From Ruditapes philippinarum (lineage: Eukaryota): a stretch of 64,000 nt of DNA. The DNA lies in NCBI RefSeq assembly GCF_026571515.1, contig NW_026854712.1, forward strand, positions 1-64,000, read 5' to 3'. The notes beneath the pieces are model-generated. The model saw only the letters and a list, made by a program, of their open reading frames with translations. It made no database searches and had not been told where the DNA came from. The stretch's first letter is position 1. Each line of letters opens with the position of its first letter. The translations under genes and the position numbers were made by a program. Below, one piece after another: positions 55,501-64,000 of the stretch.

Positions 55501-58500
55501 TTTTTGACAATTATTTATCGAATTCATTAGGGGATATTTGTTTGATTGTGAGTTAAAAATGTTAAATATCACACCGATTAGAGAGAAAAAAATGCAGTAT
55601 TTTTGAATGCAGTAATTTTTACGAATGCGTAGCGCGAGTAAAAATGTGGAATATTCTTTTCACATCGATGTGTGATATATTGGTCTTTTTTGTGGAATGT
55701 GTCAATTTGGTTTTTTCACTGTTTTATAAATTCAAACCTCTGTCACCTAACTCAGTTTAATAAAGTGTTTTCAGTGATGTAAATTGAATTATAATATTTA
55801 CGGACAAAAGACGTCAATAATTTGTGAACACAATTAGGTGGAATAATAACAATGCTGCAAAATTACAATTGAGTAATACCGGTACAAATAATTTATGACT
55901 AACAATCAAAATCAATGGTATTATAGACAAGACACTATATCACATTAGTTTACATTAGCCCCTTTATTCTTTAAACATTTTTAATCATACCTGCATGTTT
56001 ACTTAATAATTGTTTCATCTGTATTATAAATACGTCACGATTAATTGGTGATGGACATTTATGTCTTTGCCAGAAAAACTAAGCTTGATTTTCAGTTTCG
56101 CAACCACATCAACAACACGACAACAAACCAGATATCCTTCTTAAACTTTTTAAATATTTTGAATAAATAAATAATAAAAAAAAAAACAGCAGCAAAAAAA
56201 CTGTCATTATAATTATCATAAAATCTGTCATAACCTGGCCATTATGAGTCATTTTGGGAAATGTTTTGGTGACAGACAATTTCTGAAGTAAGAATACATT
56301 TTAAAGATGTAAAACATATTATCTATACATTACCATATAGGTGATTCACCTATATAATGACTAACCAGTTTTCGTTCTCATTGTTTTGTCAAATAATTTC
56401 AGATTCAGAGACAGGATTAAATCTACACAGTGAACAAATACGGACAACAACCACACCGACATCAACGACCAAAACTTACACGAAAACCACAAGGTAATAT
56501 TCACAAAATATGTAACTATCATTTAACGTGAATAATTGGAAATATAGCCTGTAAATGAATTCTTAAAATCTGCATAAAAATTATATTGAGATATTTATTT
56601 ATCAATTGACTTGTCTCCTTCTGCTCCTTAGCATTTGACTTTTTCTTTTAAAGGAGTCATGAACATTAGGAATACGTTTTTTTCATGTCAATTAAATCCT
56701 TAAATTTTTCAATAATTTGGTTTGATTACGTTTAAAAATAATTTTGTTTTGTAACTTTTTGACGACAGTTTTCCCAAAATTTTTCCCAAAAATTTTTTAA
56801 TGGGAAATTTTTCCCCTTAAAATCATATTTAATTTGAAAAAAAAGAAAAGATAAATGAGTATTCCCTTTTTACTATCAAACGCAGATAATGGGGAAAACC
56901 CAAAAAATTCCCTCATTTTCCAATAAAAAATTTATCTATTCCAATCCTCCACACCTTTAGGTTTAAAAGATGGATCACGAATGTTTTAGAACCCTCCCGT
57001 CAATATCTTTTGACAAAATATTGGTGTTTTGTTATGTCAGTTATGAAAACCCTTTTTGTTTAACGGGATATTTTAATAGAAAAAAAAGCGAAAAACAGGT
57101 TTTTCTAATTTGTAAAAGGGGAAATAGCCCCAGAATTTTAAATCCCGATTGCCGAGGTTTTTTTTTTCTTCTCTTTTACGTTTTCTCTGACCCCATTTTT
57201 CCAAAAGAAAGGTTCCCCAAAATAAAGATACAAACTTAAAAAATTTACTAAGTTAAAACTGAAAATCAAAAAGTGTTTTTATGTTTTTTTTTCTATTTTA
57301 CAAGGAAAAAAAATTTTACCAAAAAAAAACCCCAAAAAAAACAAAACCAAAAAACAAAAGAACTTTTAAATAAAAAAGTTTTAAAATTTTTATTTATTAT
57401 ATAAAAATTATATTGATAAATAAGCTCTAACTTTTCAAAGTTTTCAAAAAGTAAAGGAAAAAGGGTAATGTTTAAATTTTTTTTTGAAAGGGGAAACATT
57501 AAATTTTATAACCTTTTAAAAAAAAGGGTTTTTGGCAATTTTCTTGTTTTTTGAAGAAAAAAGCGGTGAAAAGGAAAAGAAAAAAAAAAACGTTTTGAAT
57601 AAAAAAAAAAACATTTTTGGTGCATTTTTGGGCTTTTACATTTAAAGTAAAACCCAAAAACAATATATACAAGAAAATTTTTTCAAAAAGATATCAACGG
57701 GCCCCCCGCCTCAGGGGGGTTTTTAAAAATGGCTTTAAAATTGGTTTCTATTTCAAAAAATTTTTGGTTTTATTTTTATTTCAGTCAAAAATTTTAAAAA
57801 CAAGGCTAGATCCCGCAAAAACAACAATTAATTTATTAAAAAAAGAAAAAACAAGGAAATTTAAAAAACTATAAAGTTAAGCTTTTACCTTTTACCCTTT
57901 GGGTAGAGATGCAGGTTTTTAAAAAGACAAAATTTGTCTTTTTCATTTTAAAAATATTTTTTGCCAAGTATTTTCAAAAACCTTTTAATACGAAAAATTT
58001 AGACCGGGCACAAATATCTTATAACAGACTATTTAAACTTTTTACCTTTAAGTGTGACTTTTGACGTAGGAACCCATGTTTTGCGCGCCTGACATATCGT
58101 CTTATTATTGTGATTATTTGTGGAGTATTTTTTTATATCCCTTGATATAAGAAAAAGTTTATGGGCTGGACACAAAATAAACCCTATTACAGACCATGTA
58201 AATATTTGACCTCTAAGTGTTACCTTGACCTTGGAGGTAGGGACACGGGTGTTACGCATGACATATCATCTTACCATTGTTACTATTTGTGCCAAGTATT
58301 TTTCAAAGTCCCTTGATCTATGAAGGAGTTATGGGCGGGACAACAAAATATATCATATAACAGACTCTGTTAACATTTGAGCTCTAAGTGCGACCTTGAC
58401 CTTGAAGGTAGGGATGCAGGTGTTGTACTTGACATATCATCTTATTATTGTGACTTGCCAAGTTATTTTAAAATCCTTCGAACTATGAAGAAGTTCTAGA

Positions 58501-59133
58501 TCGAACACAAAATATATCCTATAACAGACTATGTTAATCTTTGACCTTTAAGTGTGACCTTGACCTTTGAGGTAGGTGACTAGTTTTTTGCGCATGACAC
58601 ATTGTCTCATTATTGTGAACAATTGTGTAAAAGTATTTACAAAATCCCTTCAAAGATAAGAAAGTTTATGGACCGGACACGACATATACTCTCAAAGAGA
58701 CAATGTTGACCTTGATTGAGCAAGTGCGACATTGACCCTGAAGGTAGGGGTCTGGTTGTTATACATGACACATCGTCTTATTATAACAAACATTTGTGCC
58801 AAGTTATTTCAAATTCCTTTGTATGGACCGGACACGAAAGTGTGACGGACGGACAGACGGATGGAGCCTATTTCTTTCTATTATCCCCTTTTTTGTTTGA
58901 AAAGGCGGAGGACAAAAATTATATATGATATATGTATCTGAATTAAATGACATGTTTGCCTAATGAGAACTATGAGTACGTACAATGTTTATATTGCCTT
59001 CGTCATGAGGTGTACATAGTTATTTCATATATATTTGTTTACAGGTTCTGACGTTAGTGTCTCTGTCAGCATTTCAGTTGTTGCTGTAATCATTGTGGTA
59101 GTTATTGTTACAATAATAAACTTTAAAAAAACG
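37559..59133 (+). CDS. Gene C: third paralog of the CTLD-like/WSC receptor family, closer to A than to B; terminal exon unresolved, two apparent +1 indels in 3' exons
   Basis: Exons: 37559-37616 (MSRTLGVCWIFLCITAAAN), 42804-42995 (YYVLSNETASWDNAK..AWVGYY..FAYIG), 43793-43917 (GC..NNSPGNCFSLC), 44164-44287 (CFC..KCDISP..AGG), 45505-45618 (GKCLVF..WTRC..KLC), 53052-53243 (SWKHYVKACF), 55060-55182 (KYGYITK), 56403-56493 (Thr-rich), 59045-59133 (TM). Exon-by-exon homology to gene A; exon 3 is 125 nt in both. Confidence 0.8.
38195..38363. repeat. Palindromic element in gene C intron 1
   Basis: tattagttata..tggcc..tttgtaaatataacccgagccg mirrored by cggcttgggttatatttacaaa..ggcca..tataactaata. Confidence 0.75.
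39130..40560. repeat. Composite minisatellite/satellite region in gene C intron 1
   Basis: ~60 bp units with gcctagtcatatttgag (39200-39460); ~200 bp units with gaagcgtcagaatg / tatgtgctaccga in direct and inverted orientation; 30 bp caggctgctaggctgcaaggctgccaaatt units (40440-40550). Confidence 0.8.
43650..43772 (+). mobile_element. Probable SINE 3' fragment just upstream of gene C exon 3
   Basis: tactcaggtgcccgctcgtgcctgaaataa..gggcacct..aggtctt..acgtaaaaccc resembles a bivalve SINE body/tail; recognised from memory, not from a search. Confidence 0.5.
44460..45477. mobile_element. MITE with CA(C/T)CGTGTATATC termini in gene C intron 4
   Basis: catcgtgtatatccagtaacgccggga.. is inverted at ..ttccggcgttacttgatatacacggtg; further inverted sub-blocks (taccgttttgagtgtaattt / aaattacactcaaaacggta); flanks tattc/taatc could be a decayed 5-bp TSD. 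Confidence 0.8.
46940..49950 (-). mobile_element. Decayed, internally deleted LINE (CR1/L2-group-like): ORF1, APE endonuclease, RT, C-terminal zinc motif; in gene C intron 5
   Basis: ORF1-like 49456-49950 (NIVVRNLP..KILKAKNKL..VYIN); APE motifs GFWNVN, GGVGIF, LGDFNGR, SVVDYC; RT motifs AFIDFRKSYD, LRQGCIL, degenerate LLFDD, YIYLG; C-terminal LAKFRCG..LEIGRY..DVMHV. Confidence 0.92.
51570..51960 (+). mobile_element. Possible LINE ORF1 coiled-coil relic
   Basis: Translates with stops to KLSSDLDKRVLTIEDKL..ITDIQAKS..N..IKETKDE, resembling the ORF1 coiled coil and NLL-x-GI-x-E motif. Confidence 0.4.
58000..58920 (+). repeat. Satellite-containing non-autonomous element (tgaccttgacct core, ~165 bp units, ggac microsatellite and terminal hairpin; Helentron/HINE-like)
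   Basis: About five tandem units with gtgaccttgaccttg..ggtaggg..atgacacatc, then ggacggacagacgg and tcccct..gaggaca hairpin; related decayed copies at ~41500-42150. Confidence 0.7.
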
Positions 59134-59298
59134 GTAAAATCAACATTTATAATTACTCAAATTTTGAATGATGTAAATTGAATTTGGCAACAACAAAATA
59201 TCCCCCTTCTTTTATAGAGAACTTCTTTCGTAACAATATTACAGATTCTTACACAATTCATTTTTTTTCCGCTATCAAAGAGACAGAGTGCATACCAT

Positions 59299-60400
59299 AC
59301 GAGGATGTGTCAATATGTTATGCAATATAAACTCTATTTTCTAATTAGCCCGTGATTCTTGTTTTTGTGTAAACTATGAACTTTAAAACCAGCTGCTTTC
59401 AAAATGTGTGACACGTATTTCACGTATCTAGTCAACCGATTAAGAATTTTATTCACAATAAAAATACCTTACACGAGTAACTTCAAGTAAAACGGCTGGT
59501 TAAACGCTCAGTTAAAAGTCCTGAAAAATACGGGGCTTACATAAAAGGTCAAACAAATCTAACGAAAAAATCTGCCGTACACGTTTATATTGATACTTGT
59601 AAAGATAAATGGCAAACAATGAAATATCTTATGCAGATGTTTCGAGGTAGATGCACATATTAAAATAAGTTACGAGTCAGTTAAAGTACTTCTGGTAGAA
59701 AACTCTCCGTAGTTACTCAGCATTAACATTCATAAAGTCAAGCTTTCTATTGACAAAGACTTACCAAAATAGCTCATATACCATGCTTATCAAGTCGGTC
59801 AACTCATACGATTCCATAGAATCACTTGTAAGGTAGGCGAATAATTTCCAGATTGATGACCTATTTGCTAACATCTGGCTAGACAAAAGGAGCGAGTTTA
59901 ATGTGCTCTTAAGTTTTTTCCTAAATATGATAGTCGCCCTTTTTATTTAACATTGTGACTGGCGATGAAAGCTAGTGTCACTCACTTACGCCAGTTCACA
60001 AGCGTAACAATAAGATCTAAGCAACAAAATTGTTCATCGACCATGAATTGCCAAGCGATTGAAAGAGGGCAAGAAAATTACGTTATTTGTTTTCATACCC
60101 CTGAACTAGTGTCCAAATTCCAGTTTCTAGAGGCCGTTCTGTCACCTCTAAATATTAGTGAGAGGCCTATCTTTTCTGCATGACAAATTTCCTACACACA
60201 CAAAGGTGCTACTGTAATAGATATTTTTCCGAGAAAAACAGGTTTACTTCCTCAAAAATCCACCCTTTCCCCCAGACTAAGCACACCCGTGACTTCTTCC
60301 CCCTTTCCCTTTTTAAACAAAAAATTTTCAAAACCCTCACTAAAAAAAAGTGGTAATCATTGGTTTGGCCCTTTTTTTCAGTTATTTAAAGGGGCGGGAC
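59299..60400 (+). mobile_element. Decayed mariner element
   Basis: tacgagg terminus similar to 33979; IVTGDES at ~59952, ctgcatgacaa (LHDN) at ~60175, HPPxSPDLAPxDFF-like relic at ~60260-60300. Confidence 0.75.
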
Positions 60401-60688
60401 TATTTTTAAGCATTTAAAAATTTGGTTTAAAAACTTTTAAAAAAATATTTTGTAATTTTGTAGGAAAGAAAATTTTTAAAGGTTGAAATAAAAAACCATA
60501 TATTTGCTATTTTGGCCAATTAATTGACCATATTGATTACATATTGACTCTCTCTCGTATATTACACGCTTAAAAGGAATATGTACACGTCATATGTCGT
60601 TAGATATGACGTCAATAAACTAAACGTCGCCTAGGTAATTACTTAGGCCTTCAATTGTCTAAAACTTACATTTATCTGTTCTCTTTTT

Positions 60689-60729
60689 ATGCCACCGCAG
60701 CATCTGCGATGCGGTGGCATATAGCGATT

Positions 60730-60790
<61 letters not shown>

Positions 60791-61573
60791 GTTTGTGTGT
60801 GTGTTATATAGATTATATAGTGAACTTTAACAATCTTCTTGTGAAAAACCACTAGTCCAATTTCAACCAAACTTGGCAGGATTGTTTCTTGGGTGAAGGG
60901 CTTCCAAAGTTGTTCAAAGAATTTCATTCCATGCAGAAATCTGGTTGCCATGGCAACCAAAAGGAATTATAAGAATAAATTAAAAAAATCTTCTTGTAAA
61001 GACCCAAAAGGCCTAGAGCTTAGATATTTTGCATAAGGCATTGTCTGGTAGACCTCTAACAAGATTGTTCAAATTATAGCCCTGGGGTCAAAATTGGTGC
61101 CACCGCAGCATCTGCGATGCGGNNNNNNNNNNNNNNNNNNNNNNNNNNNNNNNNNNNNNNNNNNNNNNNNNNNNNNNNNNNNNNNNNNNNNNNNNNNNNN
61201 NNNNNNNNNNNNNNNNNNNNNNNNNNNNNNNNNNNNNNNNNNNNNNNNNNNNNNNNNNNNCTTAAACAATCTTCTTGTGAAAAACCACTAGTCCAATTTC
61301 AACCAAACTTGGCAGGATTGTTTCTTGGGTGAAGGGCTTCCAAAGTTGTTCAAAGAATTTCATTCCATGCAGAAATCTGGTTGCCATGGCAATCAAAAGG
61401 AATTATAAGAATAAATTTAAAAAATCTTCTTGTAAAGACCCAAGAGGCCTAGAGCTTAGATATTTTGCATTAAGCATTGTCTGGTAGACCTCTAACAAGA
61501 TTGTTCAAATTATAGCCCTGGGGTCAAAATTGGCGCCACCGCAGCATCTGCGATGCGGTGGCATATAGCGATT

Positions 61574-61650
<77 letters not shown>

Positions 61651-61652
61651 GT
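60689..61652 (+). repeat. Tandem copies of a hairpin + (GT)n + core-repeat element (HINE/pearl-like organisation) spanning an assembly gap
   Basis: gccaccgcagcatctgcgatgcgg(tggc) hairpin at 60691, 61099 and 61535; (GT)n at 60735-60803 and 61579-61651; near-identical ~270 bp cores with ttgccatggcaa. Confidence 0.8.
61123..61260. other. Assembly gap (N run)
   Basis: Run of n characters. Confidence 1.
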
Positions 61653-64000
61653 TTATTGTCCAATCTCACTACATTGACCTGTAAACACACCAACAAATTG
61701 ACTACATTTTGGAAAGTCACTACATACACTCGTGTAGTGATTTTCCTAATGCCTTTAAAAATGCTCTTTTCTTCATATTTTGTTTGCTAGTCGAAAATTT
61801 TGAATATGTGCAATTTTCCATGTTAAACTGACGTTTTATACACGTCCCTGTTAACTGAATTTTTGATGCGTACACACTTTTATCCAAACGCGCACCTGCT
61901 ACCGGTGTTAGGGTAAGAATGTCCCGCGAAACGTCCACCATATTGAACTCGAAGGACAACTTGTTTTTTTATAGTTATTGAAAAAACTTTAATATTTCGG
62001 AGGTACAAGATATCACAGACGTATAAGGTAAATATATATATATCATATGGACATTATTTGTTAGCGATATTTATAAATATCTTCCTTTCGGGCATTAAAT
62101 TAACATTCACTCAGGGTTCTCAAAATCTCGATGACGCATGATCCAGCATTTGTTTAAAATAATCATGAAATACTAAAATAAATATTTTATGTTATATTAT
62201 TAAAATCAACAACAACTAGAATATTGGATGTTAAACAAATTTCATTTGTCACAAAATTTCGCGATGCCGCTTTTTATTTATAAAAAAGGGTCACCAAAAG
62301 GAAGGAAGTTTTGTTTTGTTAAAAGGTGGGAAACAACATTTAAGATGTACTTTATGAATTAAATTTGCTTTAGATATTATTTACTTTATTTGAGATGGAG
62401 ATATTTGCCACTGGCCCAGTATGTGTTTGTCATACATATAAATTTACTTGAGGGAGGGAGATATGTTGAGTGAATCAATTAGTAAACAGCAATGCATAAT
62501 GGCCTGATGAGGAAAGGTTTTAAGGATTTATTCTTCAAATCTTATATTTCACTTTTTTTTATAGTTCAGTGTTTCCCATTTGGGACATGCATCCTTTTTC
62601 TGTTCAACTCTGACACCCCCTGTCCTTTACACTGCTTATTCACTAACTGCGTTACTACTAATACTTAGTCTAGTCAAGTCAACCCAGCCTCAAGTTAATC
62701 CGGCCGGATGTAATTCTGATTTCTGGTCAACCCGGTCTCATTTTTGTAAATATTTATTTAGATCTACTTTTTCCTCATTAACTTTTTGATTATCAAAAAA
62801 CAAATTTTCTCTGATATCAAGCAATGAATATTGTTTCTAAAGCAAATAAGCTGTTGTACTAAAAACTAGCTATCTAGATCTATATGTTTCTTATATGTTT
62901 TTATTGTTATTAATATTATTTAAAGGTGACGGAAATAAAAATCTTTGATGCTTGCGAAAAAAGTAATGCTAAATAAATAATAACAGAACGTTTCACTTCT
63001 CCCAATTACTGGGGTGATCTTTACATGTAGAGACGGTCGGTCCTAAGAAGGGTTGTTGCCGACAGCTATTTGGAGCGATAAAAGAAAATATAATGAGTAT
63101 TGATAAGTTATAAATTAATAAAAATATTTTCAAAGATATAGATATTCCATTATTTTTTCTAGCTATTTAACTATTAAGAAACGGTACCCACATAAGTTAA
63201 AAGGGCAAAAATATATGCTATATGGTATAAATATATGCTAAACAAAGGTCTTTCAATTAGCTACCCGATACATTTGGCAGTATTTTTGATAACACTTAGA
63301 TTTGTAAGTCAGTCATATGGTCACCTAATAATAAAAGACATTTTTCAGTCAACTGGTCAAATTTTTCGAACCTATTCCATAATCGATTGCAAACAAATAT
63401 GACATAGCGAGGTAAACATCGGTTATAATTTGTAACAAAGAATGGTAGGCTAAATTCTTTGTGAAATATATGAAAAAGGGTCATTATGGTAGATAACCCA
63501 ATCACGTGACTCAACCGAGACAGCATTTTACATAAAATTGGTCTGTCTCCAGACCGTTCTATTTGAAAGACCCTGGTTGCATATACAGTTGAAATAAGAC
63601 AAATGGCTCACCTGAGTTAAGGATTTTAACTAATTTCAATTTCCTTCAAAAGTGTAAATGTATTTAATTAATTTAATTTCTTGAGTTTCGATAAAAAAAA
63701 TTGTAGTTTAATTTATTTTTGTAAAAGTTATTTATATATGTACATGTTATCTACTTTATAATCTAGTTCAAAAATATTTCTGAAATGGATGGCATGTCAA
63801 CCAAAATGTACATTTCAAGGAGTGTAATAATTATATTATTTATAGATGGCACTGCAGTGTTTTTACCCCCTGCTTTGGGGAAATGGTGCCAGTACTAGAC
63901 AGATTGTGACAGATTGTGAAAAAATTATGCTTTGGTTTAACTCAAATTGGGAATTTTACATGAGTACAAAAATATTCATTGGCAGTTCCTTTTATCCAGG

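Noticed and set aside
56096-56135. Extra stalk exon in gene C
   Set aside because: Has an acceptor and ACA-rich content but no GT donor (ag|atat); at most a dead exon.
56650-58000. Lys/Phe-rich ORFs and unusual homopolymer composition as a biological signal
   Set aside because: Pattern fits sequencing/consensus error; the first unit of the adjacent satellite is visibly corrupted in the same way.
60643-61790. His-Thr and Cys-Val repeat ORFs
   Set aside because: Translations of (GT)n microsatellites and the N gap.
62926-62976. VTEIKIFDACEKSNAK* as gene C terminal exon
   Set aside because: Only a weak KI-x3-C-x-KS likeness to A's tail start, needs a phase-0 junction, and has no tyrosine motifs; likely chance.
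1-64000. Most short ORFs in the six-frame track as standalone genes
   Set aside because: They are chance ORFs in AT-rich DNA, antisense to real exons, TE fragments, or single exons extended into introns.

Overview
AT-rich eukaryotic (animal) genomic DNA. Its repeat families suggest a bivalve mollusc, but this is inference. The ORF track misses most of the real content because the genes are spliced. Reading GT-AG exons by hand reveals a cluster of three paralogous single-pass receptor genes: A (minus strand, ~17.3 kb to 2613), B (plus strand, 18731-28817, head-to-head with A) and C (plus strand, 37559 to at least 59133). All share the same exon order and intron phases: signal peptide, N-half of a C-type-lectin-like domain (CTLD), a WSC domain, CTLD C-half, a second degenerate CTLD, a Ser/Thr stalk, a transmembrane helix and a cytoplasmic tail. 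The tails differ. B carries ITIM-consensus motifs, A has a long tyrosine-rich tail ending in an ITAM-like YxxL-x6-YxxL, and C may be almost tail-less. This looks like an invertebrate paired-receptor locus. A segmental duplication left pseudogene relics of B (~900) and of A's last exon (32530-33136). Introns and spacers hold decayed LINEs, mariner relics, MITEs, palindromic elements and satellites. There is an N gap and some visibly low-quality sequence near the right end.
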